Positions 41,078 through 55,725 of a stretch of 64,000 bases of DNA are shown in pieces. Every line of letters begins with the position of its first letter. Within the stretch, counting starts at the first letter, position 1. The stretch is from assembly GCF_006345805.1 (NCBI RefSeq), contig NC_043012.1:12028001-12092000 (forward strand), read 5' to 3'. Origin of the DNA: Octopus sinensis. Its lineage: Eukaryota. The notes below the pieces were generated by a model. The model was not told where the DNA came from. It saw nothing but the letters and a program-made list of their open reading frames with translations, and made no database searches. The position numbers were made by a program, and so were the translations under genes.

Positions 41078-41200
41078 GACGGCAAGCTGGCAGAGTGGTT
41101 AGTGCGTCGGACAAAATGCTTAGCGGCGTTTCGTCCTTCTTTACGCTCTAATTTCAAATTCCACCGAGTTCAAATTTGCCTTTCCTCCTTTCAGTTGGTA
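41078..41200 (+). mobile_element. SINE family B 5' half (degenerate)
   Basis: GGCAAGCTGGCAGAG...TTCAAATTCCACCGAG...TTTGCCTTTC. Confidence 0.65.
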
Positions 41201-41711
41201 AAATCTGACCATCACACGATTTCACATCAAGAACCTTGCAAAATATATACATACATGTGACACATTTAATAAGTTTATTCATGCACCCCTGCACTCGATT
41301 CCCCATCTGTAATACAGTCGCAATAGACAAGTGGTAATTTTTTCTTATATTTGACAATAAAAAATGCGCCCCTCGTACACCGATACAGGTACTTCGTTGA
41401 TGTAATAGAAACACTTAGTTGAGTAAATTCGGCAAATATAACACTGTGCGGTTAACGAGAAAAAAGTTGTTTCGTTTCTGATCAACTCGATCGAGCAGAC
41501 TTTTAATCAAAATTATTGCTTTCTTGACAATTACGTCTAGGACTACATTATTCAAATTGTCCAATGGCAAGGTATTATAGCTTTTAGGTAAAAAAATTAA
41601 CATGGATTTGATGTTGAAAAATACAGTTTATTTAATTGTCTAACTTTGAACTAATAGGAATCTGGTCCCACTGCAAGAAACAGATTGAACAATATTAAAC
41701 GTAACCAAGGG

Positions 41712-41876
41712 TTATATGGTGGTATAAGGCGACCGGAGTATAAGGTGGTATATGCTGGTATAAAGCGGTATATGGTGGTATAAGGTGGTATAAGGCAGTA
41801 TATGGTGGTATAAGGTGGTATAAGGCGGTATATGCTGGTATAAGGTGGTATATGGTGGTATAAGGCGACTGGAGTA
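41712..41876. repeat. Decamer minisatellite (TAWGGYGGTA)n
   Basis: About 14 units bounded by the direct repeat TAAGGCGACYGGAGTA. Confidence 0.92.
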
Positions 41877-42327
41877 AATCTACTTCTGAAAATGTATGTC
41901 TCTACATGTATTTAAGTGTTTGTATGCATGGTTGCTATGGGTGTGTGTATGTGAATGAGGATATGTTTGTGAGTGCGTTTGTGCGTTGATATGTTCAAGC
42001 ATTTTTAATTCTTGTTTGTCTTTTTTTTAGCTTAGAGGAACCTTCATCATGTAGATTCATTCCTGTCATGGCCCTCCTGTCTTTTCGTCAATCGTTGTAT
42101 CTTTAAGATAGAATGTTCAACAACGTCTTTTTCAGTAGGGTGTAATCTGAGAAGAATTTAAATGATGTTTGTAGCAGATCAGGCTAAAATGTAGAGGTTC
42201 GTTTACTACATGTATGTATATATCCATGTATACATGTATGTATGTATGTATGTATGTATGCATATCTGTAAGAATGTATGCATGTATGCATGCATGTAAA
42301 TATGTAGGTATATATATATATATATAT

Positions 42328-42394
<67 letters not shown>

Positions 42395-43002
42395 CGTATG
42401 GAGGGATGGGTGACTTTAAACTGAATTGAGTCGTAGGTAACCAGTTCGGAAGCTCCAGAGTTTTGAAGAACGTGGACCACTTCTTAGACACTATTCTTCT
42501 TTGGTCTACTCTGATCCGGAGTAGTCGCTCCTGTTCGAGTCCCAGTTATGCGTTAATCAGCATGTTATGGTAGAAACTCCAAGCACAAATCCTCACTGCC
42601 TTGTAGTTACTCAGGGAAAGGAAAAAACTGGGGGAGTCAACCTTGACGGCGATTCAAGGAGTGGAGTAACCCCAGATAGTTTGGTGCCCTCTCTGACACT
42701 CTTCTGGCAATTCCAGAGCAAATGAATCTCTCCAGCTCTTTCAGATAATTAACTCATTTAGAAGGCTGCTCCGATATAAAACTTACAGCTTGCTTTTATC
42801 GCAGCCATCATAGACTGGTGAGTCACTATACTCAGAGCTCCAAGTCTAAAGAGTGGGATTAGATTGTGCAGACTGACTCACACTTTAAAACTACTAAGCG
42901 TTGGCAAAAAGAAAGACCTCTTGCATCAAGGAAAATTTTATGTAGCCACGTGACGATGTGCCGCTTTTTCTCTTGATTTTTCAGTGACGAAGAACATGCC
43001 AT

Positions 43003-43418
43003 TATGTATGTACGTACATATGTATGTATGTTTGTATGTATGTATGTATGTATGTATGTATGTATGTATGTATGTATGTATGTATGTATGTATGTATGTA
43101 TGTACGTACGTACATATGTATGTATGTTTGTATGTATGTATGTATGTATGTATGTATGTATGTATGTATGTATGTATGTACGTACATATGTATGTATGTT
43201 TGTGTGTATGTATGTATGTATGTATGTATGTACGTACATATGTATGTATGTTTGTGTGTATGTATGTATGTATGTATGTATGTATGTACGTACATATGTA
43301 TGTATGTTTGTGTGTATGTATGTATGTATGTATGTATGTATGTATGTATGTATGTACGTATATATGTATGTATGTTTGTATGTATGTATGTATGTATGTA
43401 TGTATGTATGTATGTATG
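43003..43418. repeat. (TATG)n with a higher-order unit TACGTACATATGTATGTATGTTTG
   Basis: The unit recurs about five times, separated by variable (TATG)n. Confidence 0.92.
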
Positions 43419-43489
43419 ATTTTTTTTTGAGTTATGTTAGTTCTATCTAACTATCTATCTATCTATAAATCTATCTACTCTCTCTCTCT

Positions 43490-43527
<38 letters not shown>

Positions 43528-43761
43528 GTCTATCTATCTATTTATCTAACAAAGCGACGCAACTTTTTGAATTAAGAGAGTTCCAGGTGTTTGTAAATAT
43601 GTGATTGAGTTGGGGTATTGCTTGAACAGTCGATGCATACATCCAAGTGTGCGCATCTATTTACTTAAGAATCTCAGATGGAAAATTTTCGAAATGTCGT
43701 ACAAATCTTCTCTGTGCCACTTGCAGATTAGATTTGAATACGTATGTATGTACGTGAGTCT

Positions 43762-44075
43762 TCAGTATTATTTCAAGGTGTCTTGCCAATAGAGAAAGAG
43801 TCGGTTTCTAACCTAGATCCAAGGTTCATTCATTGGAATTTCAACATCAACAGCAGGGTATATTTGTATGTATACATGCATGTACGTATGTATATATGTA
43901 TGTACGTATGTATGTGTGTATGCATGAATGTATGTGTGTTTGTATGGACGGATGGATGGAAAGATGGATAGATGCGTGTATATATTCAAGTATGTGTGTG
44001 TTTGTAAAGTGTGCAATTCCATATATGATTAAATGAACGCATGTTCTCGCGTTAATGCAGCTGTATATCTGTGGC
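43762..44075 (-). mobile_element. 3' UTR-only relative of the 32664 R4/Dong-like LINE
   Basis: GGTTTCTAACCTAGATC and ATTGGAATTTCAACATCAACA are reverse complements of motifs in 34215-34305; same internal TACA microsatellite. Confidence 0.75.
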
Positions 44076-44976
44076 AATTAGAACATACAACTAAATAATA
44101 CATGTTCTCACACTCAAGGAGTTGTTGATTTATGATATTTGGAGGCTTTCTATGTCAATACGCTGATGAATGAATGACTGTGTGTTCTGACGTTGAGAAG
44201 ATACGAGAGTCATGGCAGCAAATGTGTCTGGTTTTTCGTACAATGTTTTCATTTTGTCGCATTTCAGACATTGTTGAGCTGGTCTATGATCAAAGATGAA
44301 CCAGCCACTCAGTCAAATATTTTTTTACTGTTAGATATAGCGCATCAATCTAGGATCTCTCCCGTGGCAGATAATGTATATTGAAATTTCCTCCTTACAA
44401 CTTAGCTGTGGGTAAGGTAAATTTATGGAAAAAAAGATGGAAATAAAGCGAGTTATTATGTCTTCGACATCGCTGTCATCTTAGAACATAAAAAATCGGT
44501 AAAAATACTGCAAGGTAATTGACCACAGGAAAATGAAATACAAAAATGACAGGGATGGGGTCTGAACTCAGAGTGTATAAAACAGGAAAACACTGTTAAA
44601 CCAAATAGTCCAAACCTTGTCCAAAGTAATCTCTCTTCATGACAGTATATCAAGACTTGAGGTATATTTACCTGTTATTTTCAGCATCTCGTTCAAACTC
44701 CCTCATTGACTTTTGCATAAATATCTGATTAAACATGCGCCTTTTTGGGATATATATACTTGCATGGATATTTCTATGTAGAGGTTCAATGTCTCTGTGC
44801 ACTTTGTGTTTCATGTTCGATTTTGATTGTGTCTGACTCAGAGTTAGCTTTTGTGCGAATAGATTTATAGAAAGTAGGACATCATCGACGTTGTTTTTCG
44901 GTGCTTACGTATTTCTGTATATATGAAAGTGTAGGATTAAGTATGAGCGACTTTGTTTCGTTTACAACTTCTGCGC

Positions 44977-45007
<31 letters not shown>

Positions 45008-45040
45008 CATGTATATATATGTATACACTTGTATGTATAT

Positions 45041-46295
<1,255 letters not shown>

Positions 46296-46436
46296 CATAC
46301 GTATTAATATACGTACATTAAAATAAGCACGTTTATATACAGTGATATACATAGCTTATTAACATATATATGCATAATTATACATTTATAAATATGCATC
46401 TAGATATGTGTCTGTGTGTCTACAAACGGATGTGTG

Positions 46437-46489
<53 letters not shown>

Positions 46490-47279
46490 GTATGTATATA
46501 CATATACTACATTTGCTTATATATTTATATATATATATATAGGTATGCATACACACACACACACATTCACACACACACATATATGTACGTATTTTGTACG
46601 TATGTCCTTGCAAAAATTGCAAAAATATACAGAAAATAAAAACCACACAAAAAAAAAAAGAAACAAAATAGAAACTCATGTCTTTCCTCTAAGAAATTCT
46701 ATGAACAACATTCGACATTTGATCTCCTGGCATCAGCCGGATAAATCTTATTGATGCAACATCGGAAGGTGGTTTTTCTCTTTTACACTATATATGTGTA
46801 AACATATACCACCCAGACAAGAATAAAACACAAGCACACAAACGCATATAGATACACACCCACTTATAGACACAGACACACACACACAGACACAGACGCG
46901 CACACACACATGCACATTCACACACACACATATTCACTATTTATTCATATACTCTTATAAACACTGAGAAAGATATTCCTGTGAACTATATTGTGTTTGG
47001 AACCACTCTGTATGTTGGATATATTGCAAACATTACCGATTTGAAAAATCAAAAAAATATTCCAGATCACATACATACATACATACAAGCATACATACAT
47101 ACATACATACATACATACATACATACATACATACATACGTACATACATACACAAGCATACATACACATATATATCAATATATATATATTATATATATAAT
47201 ATATATATGTATGTATATATATATATGTATGTACACATACATGTAATACTTGTATGTATGCATATACACACACACACAC

Positions 47280-47315
<36 letters not shown>

Positions 47316-47373
47316 AGGCATATATTATATATACATATATATATATAACATATATATATATATATATATATTT

Positions 47374-47603
47374 AAGCGGCGAGCTGGCAGAAACGGTAGC
47401 ACGCCGGGCGAAATGCGTAGCTGTATTTCGTCTGCCGTTACGTTCTGAGTTCAAATTCCGCCGAGGTTGACTTTGCCTTTCATCCTTTCGGGTTCGACAA
47501 ATTAAGTACCAGTTACGCACTGGGGTCGATGGAATCGACTTAATCGCTTTGTCTGTCCTTGTTTGTCCCCTCTGTGTTTAGCCCCTTGTGGGTAGTAAAG
47601 AAA
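47374..47603 (+). mobile_element. Full-length SINE family B in (TA)n
   Basis: Near-identical to the 3868 copy. Confidence 0.92.
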
Positions 47604-47632
47604 TATATATATATATATAATATATATATAAT

Positions 47633-47663
<31 letters not shown>

Positions 47664-48177
47664 ATATATGCGTGTGTTTGCTGGCGATTGTATATAAACA
47701 TGTAAATACATGCAATTACAGTGACAGAGAGAGAGAGAGAAACAAAGAAAGAACAGATAAAAAGAAGAAATACACAAAATATTTCAAAATTTATTTCTGC
47801 ATTTTCCAAAATACAATATTATATTATAGCTTCACTTCAAATGGGCGATAATCACTCTAATGTCCACGTGTAAGGATTATCCACTATTAGAACGGAAAGC
47901 AGTATGGAATTATGGATTTTGGAATAAATTAATCACAATTTAAAGATAAGCGTGCATTTTTTCACTATATATGTTTATATATATATCGCGGCATGCGTGA
48001 TATATTTTCAGAATTTCACGCGCGCGCGCACGCATATATGCACGTATGTATATGTAAAAGACACTGACAAGTGTATTCTCAAGAGGGAAAAGGGAGAGAT
48101 GATCAAGAAAATAAATGACAGTTGGAGCTTCGCTGCTGTGATCTGCGAGTTTGTTGCCAACAAATCTTCCATTGGTT

Positions 48178-48414
48178 TTTCTACTCTAGGGACAAAGCCT
48201 GAACTTTTTTGTGTGCGTCTGTGTGTGTGTGGGGAGGAGGGGAGTGGTCCTGCCGGTTAGATCAACACCACTAAGCAACTGGTACTTCTTTAATCGACCC
48301 CGAAAGGATGAAAGGCAAAGTCGACCTCGGCGGAATTTGAACTCAGAACGTAACGGCAGACGAAATACCGCTAAGCATTTCGCCCGTGCTAACGTTTCTG
48401 CCAGCTCGTTGCCT
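48178..48414 (-). mobile_element. SINE family B, alternative-tail variant
   Basis: Head and Deu-like domain intact; tail AGTTCAGGCTTTGTCCCTAGAGTAGAAAA. Confidence 0.85.
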
Positions 48415-49849
48415 TTCTCTGAGTCTATATTGCTCTCTGTCTGTTTCTTGCTCTATAGGTTAACTAATTGTTTAATTCTTTCATTTGCATCCATCCATCC
48501 ATCCATCCATCCATCCATCCATCCATCTATCCATACATACATGCAACAAATCTTCCTTTCGTTCCATTTACAAGTGTTTATTACTGATTCATTTATCATG
48601 GTGTTGTTTATGGAACCAAAACTTCCGTTATAAAGGAGGAGAGATGTGCAATATTCTATACCAACTCCACTCTACTAATGAATTGAGGAAAATAATGCTA
48701 TGGTGATCTTACATATGGAGTATGACGTTTTCGTTTTCAACGGGTTAACTGAAAGATCATCGGTAGGATCATATATCACGTACTTGATACATTGTCATAT
48801 TGTCTTTTGCGTCAATAACTCCGATGCAATCCGATGATAATCCCCGCACTAAAACTGACAGGCAGTAGAATGCCAGTAAGGTGTAGCTTTACAAATATGG
48901 TGTAGATTTGCTAGGCGAGATCCTATGTTAATGAGGCCTGCCATTTGAAGAATACACTCGATTCTTGGAGACAAGATTGGCATGGCTCCATTGGATGAGT
49001 TCTCGAGGTCGCTGTGCGTGGATTCAATGCAACTTGACATATAAGGTTTGATCTACATGCAGATACGCTTGGGTTTGAACGGTTAGTGAGAGTACTAAAT
49101 TAGTTTCCATGCGTTAGCCTGTCCAATTTATTCGTACTCATTGACGGACGCTGCATATTGTATTTGAAAGGGGTCTGTTTATGAAAACAAAGAAGTAAAC
49201 ACAAAATAGAATTGTAGGGACTGCCGAAAATGAAGGCTGATGTTAAAAAAATTATAGCAAAATTTCACTCATAAACTAATTCATCGCGTCATTTCAATTC
49301 AGAACAGAAGCGGAACGGTAGAGATTAGTGCAGTATATAGTGATAGATTATTTGGTTAGACACTTGACATATATAAGTAATAATAAGACATGCAACTGAT
49401 GAATAAAAGTAACCGCCATAAGTATAACGTTATTTCAGATTATAACTTTTTTATTATGTATTTTAATAATCTTTATATTTACTCTATGCTTTCATTAGTT
49501 CGGTCTCCGAGATTCATCTGGTATTTTATTTCCGTATATTTACATGGTCCCTGAGTAGATATGAACTAGGAATCTGTATTTCTTAACTTATCTAATAACT
49601 AAATGTCTAGTACGCCTCTGAATATACCGCAGACACGTGTACTGTTAATATAAAATTCCCACAGAATCTGTGTTACAGCGTATAGCAAAGCTGGTCTTTT
49701 GAATTAGGCTGTAGCGTATCTGGCGGATTTCCATAAATTTTCCTATCCCTTAAATTCTCTCACAAGTCAACTGGAGGCTATTGTAAATAGTATTGTTCAA
49801 AGGCAATGCTTTATGGAACCGAAACTGGAATATTATGATTGCACAACTT

Positions 49850-50063
49850 TTAAAGGCTGTAGTCGAACGAACCGACCGCAGAGTTTATTATTTTTTTAAA
49901 GTCTGTTAATTACTGTATTGATTTATCATGCCGAATCGCTAAGTTAGGGGGTGTAAATAAACCGACACCGGTCGCGAATCGGTGAGAGGGGACAGGACAA
50001 ATAGAAGCAAAAATAGACACACACGCATATACGCATACATACATAATACATGTATACATGTAC

Positions 50064-50161
<98 letters not shown>

Positions 50162-50357
50162 GTATGTCTGTCTGTCTGCCTATATGTATACAGACACATA
50201 CACTCGACGAATTTCCACGTAATTTCCGTCTACCAAATTCACACAAAGATCTTTGGTGAGCTAGGAGGTGAAGCAGAAGACACTTGGTCAAGGTGCTGTG
50301 GAGTGGAACTGAACTCGAAACCACATGGCTGGAAACTGAACCTATAAGCCATTCAGC
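49850..50357 (-). mobile_element. Degenerate SINE family A with an expanded internal microsatellite
   Basis: GCCGAATCGCTAAGTTA, TTTCCGTCTACCAAAT, AGAAGACACTTG. Confidence 0.7.
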
Positions 50358-51177
50358 TGTCTTAACTCTATGAAAAATTATTAATTGGTCTGATAGCATT
50401 CTAATGCGTAGTTCATATGGCTTATAATCATTTAGAAGCTAGTGTTGGCTGAGATATATTTGCAGACACATCATCACAAGTGGGTCAGCTTGAAAGGTTT
50501 CAAATATTCTGTTTTTGTCACGAAATATTGATTTCTTCCGTTAGCACAGCACTACAGGGAATCATAAAAGGTGAATCAGATTGTTTGCTGATTCATGCTG
50601 CTTATTTTTTTTATTCTCTTTCCCAACATTGGTGGCGGTTATACATTTGTAGAGAGAAGTACTATAGGAAATTGAATCAAACACAAAATACTGCTGTTAC
50701 TGGTTTTATACTCTGACAGTGAGGTGGTGAAACGAAAATTTGAGCCCAGTCAGATTTGAACCTAGAGCATAAAGGTATGTCATTTTTATAAGTGTTAGTC
50801 ATGCACTATGGTCGACTGGATACATTATTTCCCTCTTCGATGAACAGGGACATTGTATTATAGAGAACAAATTTTATTCATTAAAATAAAAGTCAAGCAC
50901 TAATTGTTAACTTCTGTAGCTTGTAAACTCAGATGTTTACAATCTACGGTTAGTGAGTAGTCAATAATGGAAGGCTGTCGGCCGGAAGGAAAATTCAATT
51001 CTGTCACACACATAATTAATAGCAACATCACGGGAATTATTGAAATTTTACAAAGGTTGGTGAAAATGGAAACAGGACAAATTGTCATTCAATAAACAGA
51101 TGAACATTTGGTATCTAGTGTTGTATCTCTTCCTGGCGTTTCCTTAACATCCTTAGATCAGTCAGTCAGTCAGTCAG

Positions 51178-51339
<162 letters not shown>

Positions 51340-51670
51340 CCTGCATCTTTCCATTTGCCTAACAATTCCACAGTCTTACTACGCCCCTTTCTCATTAAGT
51401 CTTGGCCGCCATTTCTGAATAAATACTGGAGTTAGAATTAAAAATGCATGACAGCAAAGTTTAACGCAGTTTGAACATACTCCGTAACTATAGATGCAAA
51501 GAAAAAAAGAAAAGCATTAATATTGCGAAAGATGTAAATCTATTTCCTTTGCAAATAATTAGTAATTTGGGTAAATAATAAATAAACACGTGAATATGCG
51601 TTATGTATGCAAGCATATTTGCGTAATTATGATAGATATACGTTGAAGCCGCATTCCATCAACCTGTTCC

Positions 51671-51747
<77 letters not shown>

Positions 51748-51884
51748 TATATATATTCTCTGTTTCGTGTTTTCTTCCCGCTCTGATTATAAATATTGCA
51801 ATATATTAATAACCAGAGAATAGGAGAAACGAAAGGGTGTAAAACTACTCAGCTACATGTAATAAAGTTTATTTAATCTTTCAG

Positions 51885-51941
51885 AGCTGATGATTCATTC
51901 TATCACAGCTCCAAAACACGAGATTTTGTGTACCCGTTCAG
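51885..51941 (+). other. Candidate 57-nt symmetric exon
   Basis: TTTAATCTTTCAG acceptor and CAG|GTAAGC donor; two open frames ([18 protein letters not shown] or [18 protein letters not shown]). Confidence 0.35.
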
Positions 51942-52017
51942 GTAAGCATGAAATGTGTGTGTGTGGGTGCGTGCGTGTAGATGTATGTGTACATGTATGT
52001 GTGCATGTGTACGCGTG

Positions 52018-52051
<34 letters not shown>

Positions 52052-52282
52052 ATATACATATACACACATACATATATATATATATACATACATATATATA
52101 TATGTATATATATCCAAACACTTGCACGCAAAAATATATATGAAGTGCATATATATATATGCGTATATATACCTATTCATACATATATGTCTGTACACAC
52201 ACATACATATGCATATGTAAGCACACACACATATATATATACATAGCAAAAGAGGAGATGGTATTCACGAGATGCTTTATTG

Positions 52283-52380
52283 ATCACAACGATCGTTTCG
52301 ACCCATCTTTTCTTGCAGGTAAGATGCTTGATAAGTCGTTGTAATGCATCGTTCTATATAGATGTGTCTCGTCAGGTGAC
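52283..52380 (-). ncRNA. Type I hammerhead ribozyme in a Penelope-like terminus
   Basis: Minus strand GTCAC-CTGACGA-GACACATCT...AGATGGGTC-GAAAC-GATC-GT-T-GTGAT, followed by AATAAA; stem III is the palindrome ACGATCGT. Confidence 0.8.
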
Positions 52381-53169
52381 TTTTGAAAATGCCCTTCACT
52401 CAATAAACTCGGTATCGCTTACTTCGATCATAAGATGGATATGTACATATATGTATATCATCACCACAACATGACTACGTCATCATCCTCATGTTGCTAT
52501 CATCATGATTTTAATAGATTCATGCATCTCTGTATTCAAGTGATGCGAAAAATGTTATTTTTTTTCTGTGTGGAGTTTGGGCGTGAAGTTTGGTTTTGTA
52601 AGAAGCATTTCTTTTACATTGCGTTGCCTCTTTTACTCTGCTTTTACTGAAATGTTTTACCTGTAATAATAATATTGTACACCGTGAGTGGTGTCATGTG
52701 TTTAGTGACGAGAAGTGACTATGTGTTCTATATAGTGAGTGGCTTGTTTATGTGACTGAGTGCGTTTGAATCAACATTTTCTTGCATTCCCAATAAACAA
52801 CAATATACAATCACAGGTGCTAGCAATGCTAAAACCCGGAACTACTGGAACTGGAAATTCATCCGGTTCCAATGGCATTAAAGTCAGGTGTGTCAAAACT
52901 ACAAAGTCCCAATGGACTGCATTGCTCCCATATATGTTGGCATGAGGGTAGGTGGCCATAATTTCAAACACAGGTTAACAACAAATATTTCTACATATCA
53001 ATTCTTTATTATTTAATAAAAATCTTTTAAAACCTTTTATTTGCTCATCAATAATCCTAATTTTATTAATCAAATTATCATTAATTATTTTTATTATTAA
53101 ATTTTGTTGGTTTCCGCATTTTAAAACTTGTTGCCACGCTACTCGTCGACCATACTTGTGTTTGAAAAG

Positions 53170-53445
53170 GGCCACATACGCTCCTCAGACCGTGTGTTTG
53201 ACATGTCTAGTTTGAATGATCGAGATTACAATGTTTTCCCACTAAACAAGACGCTGGTCCGTTACAGGGTTAACTTCTAGAGCTATGGCTGGATCTCCTT
53301 TGGAATTCTTTTACAGGCGAAAAGATTGGAGTAACATGAAATGAAATGTTTTGTCCAAGAGCACAAGGCACTGCCCGGCCTGGGATTCGAAACGACTATC
53401 TATCGATCGCAAATGTAACATTGTAACCACTAGGGAACAAGCCAT
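53170..53445 (-). mobile_element. Degenerate CORE-SINE variant
   Basis: Minus strand CCTAGTGGTTAC...GTTTCGAATCCC...GTGCTCTTGGACAAAACATTTCATTTCATGTTACTCCA. Confidence 0.65.
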
Positions 53446-53599
53446 CACAAAATGTAACACAAACACATTAGAAAACGCTGATTCTGAACGTTTTTAATTT
53501 CCTTGCAAGTCATCGTGTAAAAAAAAAAAACGTCCCAAAATCATAGTTTGGCAAGGATCATAAAACTGGTACGAATCTTGGACGAATGTTCTTGGATTT

Positions 53600-53900
53600 T
53601 CAATAAAAAGACATGCACGATTGTCTGCAATCTTGTAGGAATGATAAAATTGGACGAAAGAAGTCTGACTGAGGTCAATTTAAGTGACAAAATATCCTCT
53701 AAGCGATGGTATTTTTATCTGTCGACGATGAGAATCTCAGGCGAAGACGTGCAAGAATAAGGCAACGCATTTATATTATGATGTGGAATGACATTTATGC
53801 AAAGAGAAGAGTTGGTATTTGGATGATGCCTCAAAGCGTAACCATAAGCACTCGCCCAAACCTCACGGAATATTTTGAAGCATATTCTGATCATCTGTTA
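53600..53900 (+). mobile_element. Possible highly decayed Tc1/IS630-like transposase fragment
   Basis: LDERSLT...RIRQR.YIMMWNDIYAKRRVGIWMMPQSVTI loosely resembles the DE...RQ..GVMxWAGI...VG region. Confidence 0.35.
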
Positions 53901-55022
53901 TTGAACCAAGTATTCTATGAAATTGGTGCATCGTATTATTCTATAAAACGCGTTAAAGTCTGAATCAGAGCTTATTAGAACTTAGTATTATCTGCTAGAT
54001 ACTTCGTTAAGAAACTTTCCTAACCTGACCTTATAGAAAATACAAGAAATTATAAATTAATATAGTTTCATTTTATAAGGCTTCTTCAGTTTCGGATTTA
54101 AGAGATACCGCAGGGGACAAAGCCAGAATACTGTAAGGATTTAGTTGAACGGTTATTTGATTACAATACTACAATATTACAGGCAACAAAATAAACCTAA
54201 CAACTACTAAGCAATTTGATGGTGTTCTTGGCTTATTATTTTCTGTTTTCTTTAGATATATATTATTTGCTTATTATTATTGGTTTCTGATCTTCAGCTA
54301 CGAAATCGGTTACAGTGTTGAGCCTGGTTTTTATTAGTGTATTCATATTTAAACAGCCTTGTGTGACATATGATTTGTTAGTGACGTGAGGTCCGTGCAA
54401 TAATTTTAAGACGTTAGATACGTGTGGCGTAAAATTTGCCAAAGGCATAACAAAGAGTTGATTCAGTAGAGCGTCGGTAAAATGCAGCATAGTTGTTTCG
54501 ATGCGTCCCTTTACGTTTTGTGTTTAAAACTCACCAAATACCAGTTTTCATATTTACTCTTAAATAATTAATAACATACAGTACCAGTGAAGTATTAGTA
54601 TCCGTTCTTAATCGATTTTTACACCTCGTCAGAAATCTATGGCCTTGTGCCACGAGTCAGATGTCATTGTTTCTAGCAGTATATTTAGCTCTTTACAGTA
54701 TAAAACGATATTTATTAGGTTCTGTTTGCTAATTCAAATATTGGCAGTAACATATTCCTGATTATTTACCATGAAGTAGCGCAAGGCTTGCCAAGATGTG
54801 TTTTGATATGTCATTACAGCAATTAATGCAAATGAAGTTGGTGAATGTAATTACATGCAGTCAACCTAACGCTATATTTTAAATACTGTTCTCTCTTATT
54901 ACTCCAAAGACTTCACGTAAATATACATATAAATACACGCACTTACACAGAAATGAGTATATATGCATACATATATATATGTGTGTGTATATATATGCAT
55001 ATTGGTATGTGTATATGTATGT

Positions 55023-55068
<46 letters not shown>

Positions 55069-55725
55069 TATATATAATTATATATATATATATATATTGT
55101 TAGGTATGTATTTTAGCTAACGTGTCATCTATACTGTTCGTAATAAACACGCTGCTTGCAATAGGACATCCACAATAGACCCATTGTCATTCCATTTTCT
55201 CTTTATATTGCGTACCATAGTTATGTTTAATCTAAGATTTCAAATTGTATTCTGTGTTTCTTGTATTATGTCTAGATTTCACAGACATCGCTGAAAGTAC
55301 GCTGAAACGCATATTTATGATGCCGACGATGCACTTTCATAGAGAACTGTACGTTGACTTGATTCCAAACAACTTGTTCTCAATTTCTATGTACATGAAG
55401 TCGCCGTTCGAGATATACCCTTCGTATAACTATAATATTCAATGGATTGCGCTACAATGCTGCTGATGACGATGGTTGGCGTGTCAACAGGCAGATCCCG
55501 AATGTGCAATGGCATAAGTCTGGTGATTTTCTGAATACCAAAGTTAATACTCATCCTTTTACACTTCATATGTAATAGCTTGTAAATTCTCTCCCGAAGA
55601 AGCGGCAATGATGCAATCGGTGCGTCAGGAAATCAATTTTGTTTTTCTCATGGTGATGAGGTATTTAATCTCTGGAGGATGTGATTGAATATCTTACGAG
55701 CAGTGGATAAGATATCTATCTATCT

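Noticed and set aside
41712-41876. CRISPR-like array
   Set aside because: Contiguous tandem units with no unique spacers, in a eukaryotic context.
48969-48998. Resemblance to U6 snRNA (AGACAAGATTGGCATGGCTCC)
   Set aside because: Only about 21 nt with mismatches; the ACAGAGA box and flanking U6 sequence are absent.
52305-52325. TTTTCTTGCAG|GTAAGA as a second recursive splice site
   Set aside because: It lies inside the stem II insert of the minus-strand hammerhead element, so it is more simply repeat-derived.
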